A stretch of DNA of 63,238 nt, counting the filler, from Octopus bimaculoides (Eukaryota): assembly GCF_001194135.2 (NCBI RefSeq). It is 6 parts of 6 records of this genome, joined end to end, with 100 filler letters (N's around TTAATTAATTAA, not from the genome) between each part and the next. Parts side by side here need not be neighbours in the genome. Positions count along the whole stretch, not along the records: positions 1 to 7,628 come from NC_068990.1; positions 7,729 to 31,266 come from NC_069004.1; 4 more parts are not named here. One strand, written 5' to 3'. The notes beneath the pieces were generated by a model that was not told the origin of the DNA, did no database searches, and saw nothing but the letters and a program-made list of their open reading frames with translations. Below are positions 1-12,706 of the stretch, piece after piece (the first letter of the stretch is position 1; every line of letters begins with the position of its first letter). A program made the position numbers and the translations under genes.

Positions 1-39
1 ACGATTCCGTCAATTCGCCACCCCATAGTTGCTGAGATT

Positions 40-340
40 CCCTCCGGTCATGACTGACCATGGAATTGCACCTAGAAAGTTATCTTCCCAGGCACAAGTC
101 CGGGAAAAGTTGTTTTATGGAAGACCAGCAGTCGCCCATGCATACCGCCCCCCTCTCCGCGCCACCAGTGTAATCCAAGAGAAAGGCAAAGGCCGATACA
201 GTTTGGCACCTGTGACGTTGGAGCAAAGTGAAATAAAGTGTCTTGCTCAAGAACACAACACCCAGCCCGGTCTGGGATTCAAACTCACAACCTCACGATC
301 GTAAGCTCGACGCTCTAACCACTGATTCATGCACCTTCAC
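40..340 (-). mobile_element. tRNA-derived SINE (CpG-intact copy)
   Basis: Minus strand reads ..AGTGGTTAGAGCGTCGAG..GTGAGTTTGAATCCCAG..TGTGTTCTTGAGCAAGACACTTTATTTCAC (A/B-box-like head); homologous to 41390-41710. Confidence 0.75.
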
Positions 341-1214
341 ACACACCCTAGTATTATCGTTATTAACAACGTATATTTAGGGGAAGACAAAGAAAAAAAA
401 ATCATTGAAGTATAAAATATCAAATTATCGAGAAAAAGACCCAGAAGTAAGGAAACCAAGAAAACAAAGGAAAGGGGGGGAAAGGGAGGATTAAGCAGCA
501 GAAGATGGTTGCGGGGGAGTCACGTGTTGTAAACCCCAGAACAAATGGCGTGTTTAGCCGTGCCTCGCAGACATGATTATAAAAGCGTTGGCGCAGAGAA
601 TGGCCAGTGACACTCGTTGTAACAGTCACCCAACCTTGTGGAGCTAATTTCTTGCCGCAGTTTTGCCTGTTTTGCGGAGGAAATCAACACAGAAGGTCGA
701 AAAATAAATACAGAAAAATATTCATTAAATCTAACAAGCTACCATTACTAGCCGTCTATTGATGATAGATGACGGTACACATTTGTTTGGTCCCAGATCA
801 AACCGGATCAAATCTACCATCAAAGTCATTTCGGCTGTGGCTGCATCATCTTTTTCCTAGGTCAAGCACACCTATAGCTATATCATGTGACATGATCTTC
901 TTTTCTAAGATTGTAGAACGTGTTTTTAAAGAGATTTGGCTGCTTTTTCTTGCAGGCTCCCGCGACCATCTCCTAAATTTGCTGGCCTTGTGATTACACG
1001 AGAAACCATTATATAAAGGTTGGTAAATTGGCAGAGTCGTTGCGGTGTTTGTTCCTATTTATTACTTCCTCAGTTCAAATCCTGCCAATCTCAATTATAC
1101 TTTTTATCCCCCGGCCCCGGGGGGTCAATAAACTTTAGTACCAGTCAGGTGTTGGGATCGATAGAATCCATAAACCACTCCACCTTGTGCCATACTCAGA
1201 AGCCATTATGAAAA

Positions 1215-1440
1215 GGATGGTGGATTTGCAGAATCGTTACAGCGTTGGGAATATATCTTGCAGAATTTTTTCTGACCTTTTACATTTTGTGTTCGAAGCC
1301 AACCGAGGTTAAATTGGCATTTCATCCTTCCGGGGTCGATAAAATAAAGTACCAGTCAAATATTGGGATTTGTGGGACTGACCGATTCCCTGTCCTCAAA
1401 AGTGTTGGGCTTGTGACTAAATTGGAAACCATGATATTTG
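1215..1440 (+). mobile_element. SINE with Nin/Deu-like core (degenerate); an older copy lies at about 1020-1170
   Basis: Core ggcatttcatccttccggggtcgataaaataaagtacca, shared with many copies later in the window. Confidence 0.6.
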
Positions 1441-2088
1441 TGATTTCTGGTTCTGAACTGACCAGGGGCTACAACAACAACAACAACAGCAGTGGTGGCA
1501 GCAGTAGCGGCAGCAGAAGTGGTAGCAGCAGCAGTGGTGGTAGCAGCAGCAGCAACAACAACAACTGGTACTTATCGACATTTCTCCCCTATTCCACTCC
1601 CACGTGAAAATGGTTCGATTGTCAATTTTGGATTTATTTCGCTGCAATTTAAATTCACATTTGAGAACGATGAAATTAATAGTTGTTTTGTATTTTTGTT
1701 CAGCGCCATGTTTTCTCGTCCAATATCTTCGAGCACAATATCCTCCACCGACCACCATTAATGCTAATGGCATCACTACAACTATCGCCCCACAAAACTG
1801 TCCCCAACATTATCACAAAAGATCACTGACCGGTCACTCAACCTACAAGAATTACAATAGCAGCTGAGTTTCCTTTAACAAAATGCTTCTGGAGGATTTC
1901 GCCATAAACAGTTTTGCCGTAAAAAAAAATCGCCATAAAAAAATTAAATTTCAAAGAACCCAACGAGATTAGCTGTTTTCTTAAAATGGCAACTTCATCA
2001 ACCATCCTACCAATTAGAAAAAGGTAATTTCTTTACAATGAATTCTCATATTTACAGTTTGCTTGTGTGCCTCCCTTGCGATGAAATT

Positions 2089-2690
2089 TTCCACGGCAAA
2101 TTTTCCGGTGAAGAAAATGTTTGCGGCAGATCTTTCGAACACGCAAATAACCATCTTTGAACAATGTGGATTATGAAGTAATCAAATTAGGAAAGCTCAC
2201 GACTGGAACGTTTTTGATTATAGACACCTTCGGCCAAAAAAGTCCTGCGACTAAATAACATAAAAGAGAATTTAAACGGTCGTTAGTTATGCTAAAACTA
2301 GCAGAAAATTTTTCTTAATATCATACACTACCGTCTTAAAAAATGAAGGACACAACACAGGATGGTCATATCTGTAAAGGCGTTGATTTAAAGTCTGCTT
2401 AATGAGGACGGTTCTAGAGCTAAACAAAACCAATAGTAACTGGTTGTTTACTAATCAAATACGGATTATTGAAATGTAAAGCCGTCTGCAATAATATTTG
2501 ACGTTGGTATTTAATAATTCCCTACGGCAATTTTCCCGCAGCAAAAATGTTTGCGGCATATTTTTTTTTTTTTTCGGATACACCATCTTTGGACAATGTG
2601 GATCATGAAGTAATCAAACTAGGAAAGCTTATGGCTAGAACGTTTTTGATCCTAGATCTGCTCGGTCAAGACACTCTTGCGACTAAATAT
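2089..2690. repeat. Diverged direct repeat of about 170 bp (2089-2260 and 2520-2690)
   Basis: Both units share aaaatgtttgcggca..accatcttt(g/gg)acaatgtggat(t/c)atgaagtaatcaaa(t/c)taggaaagc..aacgtttttgat..tgcgactaaata. Confidence 0.65.
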
Positions 2691-2766
2691 TTTTGCCGTA
2701 GGGGAAGTAAAAACACCAACACCGGTGGTCAAGCAGTAGTGGAGGACAAATATAAACGCACGCACG

Positions 2767-2809
<43 letters not shown>

Positions 2810-3590
2810 ACACACACACACANNNNNNNNNNNNNNNNNNNNNNNNNNNNNNNNNNNNNNNNNNNNNNNNNNNNNNNNNNNNNNNNNNNNNNNNNNNNNN
2901 NNNNNNNNNNNNNNNNNNNNNNNNNNNNNNNNNNNNNNNNNNNNNNNNNNNNNNNNNNNNNNNNNNNNNNNNNNNNNNNNNNNNNNNNNNNNNNNNNNNN
3001 NNNNNNNNNNNNNNNNNNNNNNNNNNNNNNNNNNNNNNNNNNNNNNNNNNNNNNNNNNNNNNNNNNNNNNNNNNNNNNNNNNNNNNNNNNNNNNNNNNNN
3101 NNNNNNNNNNNNNNNNNNNNNNNNNNNNNNNNNNNNNNNNNNNNNNNNNNNNNNNNNNNNNNNNNNNNNNNNNNNNNNNNNNNNNNNNNNNNNNNNNNNN
3201 NNNNNNNNNNNNNNNNNNNNNNNNNNNNNNNNNNNNNNNNNNNNNNNNNNNNNNNNNNNNNNNNNNNNNNNNNNNNNNNNNNNNNNNNNNNNNNNNNNNN
3301 NNNNNNNNNNNNNNNNNNNNNNNNNNNNNNNNNNNNNNNNNNNNNNNNNNNNNNNNNNNNNNNNNNNNNNNNNNNNNNNNNNNNNNNNNNNNNNNNNNNN
3401 NNNNNNNNNNNNNNNNNNNNNNNNNNNNNNNNNNNNNNNNNNNNNNNNNNNNNNNNNNNNNNNNNNNNNNNNNNNNNNNNNNNNNNNNNNNNNNNNNNNN
3501 NNNNNNNNNNNNNNNNNNNNNNNNNNNNNNNNNNNNNNNNNNNNNNNNNNNNNNNNNNNNNNNNNNNNNNNNNNNNNNNNNNNNNNNNNN

Positions 3591-3983
3591 AGGGAAGTGC
3601 TGTCCCCCAGTGATTTTATTGAAAGGTGGGTGAAAGTTACGAAATTGATTAGAGGGGACGTGTGAGTCGGAGAGAAGGAATTGGAAAGGGCACTTGCGCT
3701 TGGGGCTTCAGGGAGATTTCGGACAGTGGGGTTCCTCAATTATCCTTAGAGGCCTTCCTGTAAAAGGAGGGCCACGCCTCTATCAACCTTCCCGCCACAT
3801 TTTTGTATTTTTTTAAAAACCTTTGTATGCTGTGCATATGTCCCTTCTTTTTCATTGTATACCGTGTATACTTAATTTCTTTCTTTTCCTTTTTTTATCC
3901 TTTCATTATATGTAAACCCTGACACTTCATGTCTGTCTTTGTATTGTCCCCTCATTCTTCGCCCTTGTGGCAAATACATGAAA
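3591..3983 (+). mobile_element. 3' end of an L1/Tx1-like LINE (5' part lost in the gap)
   Basis: REVLSPSDFIERWVKVTKLIRGDV* matches the C-terminus of the 47.1-48.1 kb element; the 3' end motif gtatt-gtcccctc..gcccttgtg..gaaattatt is shared. Confidence 0.6.
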
Positions 3984-3989
3984 TTATTA

Positions 3990-4165
3990 TTATTATTATT
4001 ATTATTATTATTGAGTGAGAGAGCAGTGCATGCCATCAAAGTGACACTGGGGTAAAATATGCGAAGCCCATTATACCCATCATGACTACCCGTCTGATAA
4101 GGGTACACCAGGCACATGCATCACAATTATATGTGCGTGACAGAATGATCTCATATCATGACAAC
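3990..4165 (-). mobile_element. 3' fragment of a non-autonomous repeat family with an (AAT)n tail
   Basis: Reverse complement of the 3' part of the 48481-49030 copy. Confidence 0.75.
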
Positions 4166-4329
4166 CAGCGCATGACTTTCAAGGTTAGGCCCAGTTTCAA
4201 ACTGACCATGAGCTCAGAGCCCGAAGGTTGCTTAGAGATACAAGGTGCGTTATAAAAACCTACCTAAGCACATGTCCGCTTAACAAGGAACTATTAGTGG
4301 CTCTATATATAATGTGCCATCAGCCGATG

Positions 4330-4414
<85 letters not shown>

Positions 4415-5094
4415 TCTCTCCTGAGATCGGTTTGCTAAGACTTTCTAGTTCTCTCCGTGTTGTGTTGCATGCATACAATCAGCCAAGATTTTGCTTCCAG
4501 TCTATTCTTTGATGTCGTCAATCTACAAAAGTCTTTCAGAGCGTTTCGCTCTCCTTCCCCTCAACACTTCCTATGAAGATGGCCCTGCGCAGTGGCACGT
4601 GGTGCTTTGTATGGGTAAAATATGATAGCTTTGAGAGCTTGATTCTCGACGATAGGTGTCTTTTAGAGCTTTTAGCCTTTTTAGTATACTATGACACGCA
4701 CACACATACACAAACACATATACACACATACCAACACCATCATCACCACCGAACACACACAGACATATGCATACATGTATAAGTACTGTGTGTGTGTGTG
4801 GGGGGGGGCATGTATATGACGTGCGTGTATGTGTGTATGTTTGTGCATATCTATGCGTGTGTGTGAATTTGTATATGTACTTCTGCGCGTCTTTTATACT
4901 TGTTTCATTCTTTGAACTGCTGTGGTCATGCTGGGGCACCCTCTTGAAGAGTTTAGTTGAACAAATCAACGCTAGCACTTATTTTTTTTAAGCATGTATT
5001 TATTTTATCGGTCTCGTGTTAGCGAACCGTTATGTGATGGGGCGAAGCAAACCAATACCGATAGCCAAGCCATGGAGGGGAGAACAGATGCAAG

Positions 5095-5399
5095 CAGCGG
5101 CGGACTGGGTCTATAAATTTTGGTTGCCAGGAGACTAAGGCGGCCCACCCGCGAGTACGAGGAGGCCCACCCGCAACTACAATGCTATCATATTTTTTGT
5201 TTAAAGTATTCTTTTCAACTGTCTACAAACACGACCACGCTGAAATATCTAATGCATTCTTCCTGGAGTGAATAAAACATTCTCAAACTTTAAGGGATGG
5301 GCCCCTTAGATACTAACATGGGACCGCGTATATGGATTCTAATGGCGCAGGGGCCCACTTGCTATCGGGCTAGCTGGCAACCTGGCCAGTTCACCACTG
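5095..5399. mobile_element. hAT-type MITE, 305 bp
   Basis: Imperfect TIRs CAGCGGCGGACTGG / CCAGTTCACCACTG, with an exact 8-bp TSD GATGCAAG at 5087-5094 and 5400-5407. Confidence 0.8.
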
Positions 5400-5454
5400 G
5401 ATGCAAGCACAAAGACACACACACATAGATACACACACACACACATATATATGT

Positions 5455-5610
5455 ACGATGGGCTTCTTTCAGTTTCCGTCAACCAAATCCGCTCACAAGT
5501 CTTTGATCAGCTTTGGGGCTATACCTGAAGACATTTGCCAAATGTGCTACGCAATGGAACTGAACCAAAGACTACGGGATGGGTAAGCAAGCTTCTTACC
5601 GCAGAGCCAG
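5455..5610 (-). mobile_element. Head fragment of the abundant tRNA-derived SINE family A
   Basis: gggcttctttcagtttccgtc..gaactgaacc..aagcaagcttcttacc matches copies at 29.0, 31.6 and 56.6 kb. Confidence 0.75.
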
Positions 5611-6099
5611 GACTAAAAGAACTTTTTAATTAAAACTTATTTGAAAGTTTTATTCATTTGCTATTTGGGCTCAGGGCTGTCATATCAGTATTACCGCCCT
5701 CCCCCGGGCAAATTAATGCACTAGGTCCTATATTATTTAATTAATGACACCAAACCACAGCATATGTATAGATCCGAAATGGGTCCCTAGATCTGTGGAG
5801 CCATCAGGTAACTGTTCAGCACACTTGGGCATTAAGATTTCCCTGCTTGGCCTACATTCAAATATTAGGTTCTCACGCTAAGCGAAGTAAAACAAATTTT
5901 TAGAGATTAATTCTTAATTTCTTGAAATTATCTGCCCCTTTTTGTTTTAAGTCTCTAATAATTCTCACTAGGCGCTTGCTTGCTTTCTCCAGGAGTTGAA
6001 ATTTTAAAACAACTGAGAGCTTTTTTGTTTACGTCACTTTGTACATCGTATCACATCATATTTAATTATTCGCAAAATACACAATTCTTCTTCACCTCA

Positions 6100-6134
6100 T
6101 CTTCCTCTCTAATCTCTCTCCCTCTCTCTCTATC

Positions 6135-6172
<38 letters not shown>

Positions 6173-7031
6173 ACTCTCTCTTTCGGTTAATCTGTCCATT
6201 TGTCTGTCTATTTGTCTCTCTGTCTCTCCTTCCCCCTCTCCCCTCCTGGGTCTTTTTCAACTCTCTTCTTTCTCCCTTCTTTTTCCCTTTCTTCATTCCT
6301 TACTTCTTTCCTTCATTCATTCATTACCACATTTTTCTTTACCTCTTTCACTCTTTCTTCGCTGCTCCCTTTACATTTGTCCCCCACCCTACTTTCGCCG
6401 TTCCACCCGTCTTCTGTTTACCTTTTCTTTTCTTCCCGTCCTTTTCTGTGCTTTTCTTTCCTTCCACACTTAGTCTCATTCATTCCTTTATACTTTTTCT
6501 CTTCAATCTTCTTGACTGTCTTTCCGTCACCCCTCTCTTTTCTTCTTCTTCTTCTTCTTCTTCTCCTTCTCCTCCTCCTCCTCCTCCTTCTTCTTCTTCT
6601 TCTTTTTCTTCTTCCTCTTCCTCCTTCTTCTTCTTCTTCTTCTTCTTCTCCTTCTCCTCCTCCTCCTCCTCCTCCTCCTCCTTCTTCTTCTTCTTCTTCT
6701 TCTTCTTCTTCTTCTTCTTCTTCTTCTCCTCCTCCTCCTCCTCTTGCTCCTTTTTCTTCTTCTTCTTCTTCTCCACCCTCCTCCTCCTCCTCCTCCTCCC
6801 CTCCTCCTCCTTCTTCTTCTTCTTCTTCTTCTTCTTCTCTTTACCTTTTCTTCTTTCATTCCTCCATACCGTTCAGTCTTCATTCATTCATTCATTCATT
6901 CATTCACGTCTTTTCTCTTTATCTCTCTCACACCCTCTTTCCATCTTTCTTTGTCTGTCTGTCTGTCAATCAATAAATCAATCAATCAATTAATCAATCA
7001 ACGAATCTATCTATCTATCCATCTGTCTGTC

Positions 7032-7071
<40 letters not shown>

Positions 7072-7073
7072 GC

Positions 7074-7106
<33 letters not shown>

Positions 7107-7230
7107 CATATGTACTTGTCAATCCTTTCCTCGTTCTATCTCTAACTCTCTCTTTCTCTCTCTCTCTTTCTCTCTCTCTCTCTTTCTCTCTCTCTCTATG
7201 CCTGTCTATTCTTTCCTCGTTCTCTCTTTT
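6100..7230. repeat. About 1.1-kb polypyrimidine/compound microsatellite: (CT)n, (TTC)n/(TCC)n, (TTCA)n, (TCTA)n
   Basis: Seen directly; it generates the poly-S/F/L/E/K/R ORFs in the track. Confidence 0.95.
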
Positions 7231-7587
7231 CTCCTCAACGTCGTTCTCCACACAAACATCAACGGCCATCGGTTACGGATGATAGTCAAAAGCGTGTTTC
7301 TGTGCGCGGCTTAACAACACAATAACGATGACAACATCATCCTTAACGACAACAACATTGACAACAACAACAACAACAACAACAACAGAAGAAAAGATTG
7401 TGACAACAAGAACAGGAACAATAACAGCAGCAGCAGCAGTGTTAGTAGCAGCAAAATTAAATCAGATACACAAATAACCGTCACAATCGGTATCAGGTGT
7501 TACGCGATGATGTTGGATGGACAAAGACGAGAGAGTAGTAGTAGAAAGGTGGGGATGAATACGTTGTGACAAGCGGTAATAGTAGTG

Positions 7588-7628
<41 letters not shown>

Positions 7629-7672
7629 NNNNNNNNNNNNNNNNNNNNNNNNNNNNNNNNNNNNNNNNNNNN

Positions 7673-7684
7673 TTAATTAATTAA
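7673..7684. other. Artificial scaffold linker TTAATTAATTAA (also 31311-31322, 46025-46036, 56660-56671, 60752-60763)
   Basis: Each copy sits in the centre of exactly 44 N + 12 nt + 44 N. Confidence 0.97.
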
Positions 7685-7728
7685 NNNNNNNNNNNNNNNN
7701 NNNNNNNNNNNNNNNNNNNNNNNNNNNN

Positions 7729-7759
<31 letters not shown>

Positions 7760-10468
7760 ATATATATATATCAACCAGTTATTATACTTGTCTTAATTGT
7801 CAATCTGGTCGGAATCCTTAAAACTAATCTCGTCGACAGTTTCACGACTTCATTTGTCTCTGTTATTGTTCTCTCTCGCTCTCCCCCTCTCCCTCTTCCT
7901 TTCCCTTCCACCGTACACCTGGGATTCTTTCACTTTCTATTTGTTTCTGGTGCCCGCTTTTCATGCCTGGTTTCTGATAATCAGTATTACCATAGTATTT
8001 TGGCTATCTATTACGTATACTTACATAAAGTTAATTATTATATAGGGGGTTTTATGCGCTTTTGCGTATACATATGTAGGTACAAAACTATGTAAATATC
8101 TCTCTACGTATTTCTGAAAGTGTTTTGTTTTTCTTCAAACTTTATATAATTTCTTATGTATTTCTTACGTATTTTTCAACTCTTTCGACGGTGATCTTTC
8201 CTATATACGTAAATCGATTCCAAAATAAACTTTCATTTCACTTTTGAAACTCCGAGAAAGTTATAATGTGATGCACATGCACTCAGCTCTGAGTGCCCTG
8301 TATATTATAGCAGAAACGGCAGTCAGCTAATAAAGTTCATTCCATAATCTTCTGATCTTTTTCTCTCATTTAATTTCGTATTACACACTGTACTTGACTA
8401 ACGCTTTATTCTGAAGCATATGTATATTAAGTTTTAACACCAAGTTATCAGTATCTTTAAGCCTAAGCAAAATATTAATTTATATGTGTATGTGTGTGTG
8501 TGTTTAAGATGAAATATATCAGCAAAGATCATAATAACTTGACCAGAGGTAAAAAAATTAACATATTCAATTCAAAAGTGAGTATATGTGCCGCCGGAAA
8601 ATTTAAAATCTAGAGACGCACAGCGGCTCAAAATTCATTTATATCCATCAATCACAAGATTCGACGAATCATTTACAAAAGCACGTTCAACGTCAGTTAT
8701 TCCGCAGTTCCTTTGAAACTTTAACCGAAAATAAATCAATCCATTTGATATCAAATATACTCCCGAAGTCAACCAAATAAGCTACCTTTTCTACCGAACA
8801 TGTACTAATAAGCTAATATTATATAAGATTATCGACATAGCCATTCAAAATATGTGATATCTTTCTCTGTGCATAACTACTTTTTTACGATTCATATAGG
8901 TTTTAGGGTTGAAACGTAAATTTTGACATCAACTGGAAAATTTGCTTATACGCGGGAATTGACGACCAGCTTTCGAAAAATGTAATACCTATGAGAAGCT
9001 AGACATTTTGTTCTACACTGAGATATCTTCGCTCGTAATTCAGAATTCAGAATTCAGAACTTGTATCTTTATGTTGACATAAGACTTGATATTTGTTAAA
9101 GACCTGCAAAGGTTAAAACAACAGTTCGGTAAGTCACTTTGAAGTTTTATCTATCACGCTCAATTTCCTCCGTGGAAAATTAATTCTAATTTAAAAATAG
9201 ACCTCATACAAACTCAAAAATACAAATACAGGCCCTATAAGTTCAACAAATCACTGCCCATTTTCGGTATCATGTCACTCTCATTCAGCCCTCCTAACTT
9301 TATTTTCCTTCTTTCTATACTTTACTCTCAAACTGCATCGAATAACATCTCTTACCTTATCGTCACAAAACTTAGATTAAATTAAAAAAAGTCAAATTAA
9401 TCTCCACTCTTCAGAAATGACTTTCCACAAGCAATCAATTCTTTTCCTACATTTTTAGCTGGAGAAATCGGAACAAAGATTTAGTATAGATTCGATGGAG
9501 AAAGCAAATTGCAAAAGGGACAAGATATTAGACGCGGTGCTAAACTTCATGTTAGAGTTCTTAAACTACCAGACATAAGATGAGAATGAAATAACAGACT
9601 TCCTATTACTGTGTCTAAACGAAGAGACTACTAACATCCTTTTTTTAAAGAATTTTAGTGGAGTCAATGTACGATAAGAAACAAAATCAATGTTTCTTGG
9701 ATGTTTCGTAGAACGTTTGTTTGGTTATTATTTTTTGAAAGGATGCAAATTGCTGCTTATGTAGTTTCAATTAGAGGGAACTACTTACCGTTTTGGCAAT
9801 TATTACTTAACTTGATTACGGTTGCATAAATTATTGTCATTGCGTAAAATTGTGGTCTTGGAGTAAGAAATATTAAATGCCTTTCAATTGAACAGTTTGC
9901 AATATTTGAGGTAATTGAGAAAGTCTTTAACAGTCTATAGCACTTTTTACTATTGCCAGGGTAGGGTTGACATATTACATGCTTTATTTCAAATTCTGTG
10001 TATTACATTGAAGTTACAACCAGTATTGGGTCCTTGTTCGTTGCAAGGCTAGTGTATTATTGGTAGATAAACATATAAAACAAGCAATTACACACACAAA
10101 CGCGCACACAGAATAACACTTTTGGCACTTAATCATCTCACTGTCGGTTCGTTGTATCTGTCTATATATATCTTTTAAACCTTATTTGTGTATATACATT
10201 CACACACGCATACATAATTATATATGTATTACATATATACATACATATGTGTGCGCGCACACACACACAAAAACACATACGGATATATATATGTTCGTCG
10301 ACCAATGTTTCTATCAATCGATCTCTATCTATATATTTCGTATTCATTTCTGTATGTGTCTGTCTGACTATACTGTATACGTCGTCTCGTAGTGCATTTC
10401 TTTGCGTATATATTTGAGTATATATATATATCTAACTCTCGGTATTTTGGGTTCTTTTTATTCATCAG

Positions 10469-10799
10469 ATCTATTTCCAGAATGTCTACAAGAAGAGAAA
10501 TTCGAACAAGTTGCTGTGCATCTATTTATGGGAGAGTCAAACTTAAAGGAGGTATTACCCGTCACGGTGCGCATGTGAATATTTACGAAACAAATGATTT
10601 TAAACAATTGTTCTACCATAGACGCTGTGTTCCCCATGTTCTTAACAGACCATGTAACTTCGTATCAAAATACCTAAAGTCAATATGTGTCCAACGATAC
10701 ACTTACCAACACGCGATGGTAACCTACGGAGATTATAAAAGGATTTTCTATGATTTGATAAAAATCAAATCAGGTTGTGAATGTGAAGTAATTGACTGA
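10469..10799 (+). CDS. Terminal coding exon, neurotrophin/Spaetzle-like cystine-knot growth factor (copy 1)
   Basis: Acceptor ttcttttta ttcatcag|ATCT, phase 2; open to TGA at 10797-10799. Translation (R)SISRMSTRREIRTSCCASIYGRV..GAHVNIY..FKQLFYHRRC..PCNFVSKYLKSICVQRYTYQHAMV..IFYDLIKIKSGCECEVID aligns by eye with NGF motifs (SVCDS, GKEVMV, FKQYFFETKC, SYCTTTHTFVKAL, WRFIRIDTACVC) and with Spaetzle cysteine spacing. Confidence 0.85.
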
Positions 10800-10855
10800 A
10801 CTTCTGTGTTTGATACAAGGCATTCACACATGTGCTAAACGAATGTATATACAAT

Positions 10856-10861
10856 AATAAA
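10856..10861 (+). terminator. Polyadenylation signal of copy 1
   Basis: AATAAA 57 nt after the stop, in context acaataataaaatatattaacttt; homologous to the context after copy 2. Confidence 0.6.
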
Positions 10862-11097
10862 ATATATTAACTTTGTGCTATTTCGGTTTATAGCAAATGT
10901 GCCAAGTTCATTGTCTTCAGTTTTCAGATATATCTTGTTAATTTTCTTACATTGTGTCTTACAACAGTTGCAGCTATGCTGCAGCTCTGACGACGAGAGT
11001 TTTATTCCATCATATTTTAATCGTCTGCCAGGAGATATTTTAATTTGGTATATAGATACACAAAAACACATATATATGTGTATGTATATATGTATGC

Positions 11098-11128
<31 letters not shown>

Positions 11129-11162
11129 CCAACATGTACAGGTAGATAGGTATGTTTGTATG

Positions 11163-11208
<46 letters not shown>

Positions 11209-11522
11209 GCATATATATATATACATATATAATGTTCATATGTGTGTGTATGTGTGTCAATGTGTGTGTATATGAATGTATGTATGCTGGTATATATGTG
11301 TGTATGTATTTCGATTAGTCTGATAACTTGGTGTTATGCTTCATATGCTTCAGAACAAAGCGTTAGTCGTGTACAGATCGGCAATAAGAAAATACTCTTA
11401 CGACTGCATATTACGTACTACTTTCACAGTATGTAATAGGCATTCAAGCTCATCTTTTTCTTGGTCATAAAGTTTTAAGTCACCCACATAAAATAGATGG
11501 CTCATGTTCGTGTGAAGTTTTT

Positions 11523-11656
11523 ATGATTCCCTCCTTTGTCTGGAGATACAGAACTTCTTGCCATTTATTCATATATTTTATTATCGTTGCTGCTACGTTG
11601 TTCATGTGTTGTATTTCTAGGACCCATATGCGGGGGATACCGTTTAAAGCATTTCG
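11523..11656 (+). CDS. Candidate signal-peptide exon for copy 2 (tentative)
   Basis: ATG-MIPSFVWRYRTSCHLFIYFIIVAATLFMCCISRTHMRGIPFKAF-CG|GTAATC. Hydrophobic core, and the phase-2 donor joins the 15225 acceptor in frame as ..AFR-SVMK. The donor is imperfect and no homologue was found upstream of copy 1. Confidence 0.25.
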
Positions 11657-12344
11657 GTAATCGATCCAAGCCATGCTTAAACCCTTTTTTTGTTTCAGTT
11701 GTCTTCTGCCATGGCTCTACTGAAATGTGTTTATTTGCCTTTAACCGTATAAAGGACGTTTATGTCATCATCATGACATTTATATCAAGCTTGATTGAAA
11801 TTAGTGAAAGTTGATCATGTTTGATGCATTTTATTTACTGGGAATTCTGACGTAAATCATGATTTTTGTTTTCACGTTTGTAGTTGAATTTACCTTAAAT
11901 GACATTGAAAGACTATATTTTCAAAGTTATTGAATGATCCATACATGGCTCTGCATCTGATGAAGCCAAATCTATCCTTAGTAATGGTGGTAATACCGGG
12001 AATTTTGAAAAAGGAACATTTGAGTTTGTGAAAAATGTTGATATGATAGAGCAAAATGGTTTTCATTTTTGAAATCAGTACCCCAAAAGTGTGCTAGTAA
12101 ACATATTTCCAACCCCAGACAGGGGAAACCATATTTCCTAGTTTTCTTAATGCAATCATTTAAGATATTCATGTCGTTTCATGTGGGTTCATTTAAGGCC
12201 TTCATATGAATTTTCGTAGATTATATAAATTATCATATAGAGATAATCATGTATATGATGAAATATAATTAATTACAAAAGTCATATATATAAATGTCTA
12301 TCTATATATGTATGTATGTTTTTATCTATCTATATGTATATGTA

Positions 12345-12399
<55 letters not shown>

Positions 12400-12675
12400 N
12401 NNNNNNNNNNNNNNNNNNNNNNNNNNNNNNNNNNNNNNNNNNNNNNNNNNNNNNNNNNNNNNNNNNNNNNNNNNNNNNNNNNNNNNNNNNNNNNNNNNNN
12501 NNNNNNNNNNNNNNNNNNNNNNNNNNNNNNNNNNNNNNNNNNNNNNNNNNNNNNNNNNNNNNNNNNNNNNNNNNNNNNNNNNNNNNNNNNNNNNNNNNNN
12601 NNNNNNNNNNNNNNNNNNNNNNNNNNNNNNNNNNNNNNNNNNNNNNNNNNNNNNNNNNNNNNNNNNNNNNNNNNN

Positions 12676-12706
<31 letters not shown>

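Noticed and set aside
2547-3739. ORFs running through N gaps (also at 12.3, 14.3, 23.6, 26, 27, 29, 30, 39, 53 and 59 kb)
   Set aside because: Open only because N codons are not stops.
4300-4620. TATA-like box (TATATATAA) and downstream ATG as the promoter of the growth-factor gene
   Set aside because: TATA-like strings are ubiquitous here, the ORF is not signal-peptide-like, and a scaffold join separates it from the exons.
5980-7145. Long ORFs of 258-337 aa (poly-S/F/L/E/K/R)
   Set aside because: Translations of stop-free pyrimidine microsatellites.
7673-7684. TTAATTAATTAA motif recurring five times
   Set aside because: Always centred in an exact 100-nt N gap; it is an assembly linker, not biology.
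10392-10468. N-terminal extensions of the two growth-factor ORFs in the ORF track (also 15178-15224)
   Set aside because: They start at non-ATG codons and lie in homologous intron ends with polypyrimidine tracts and AG acceptors.
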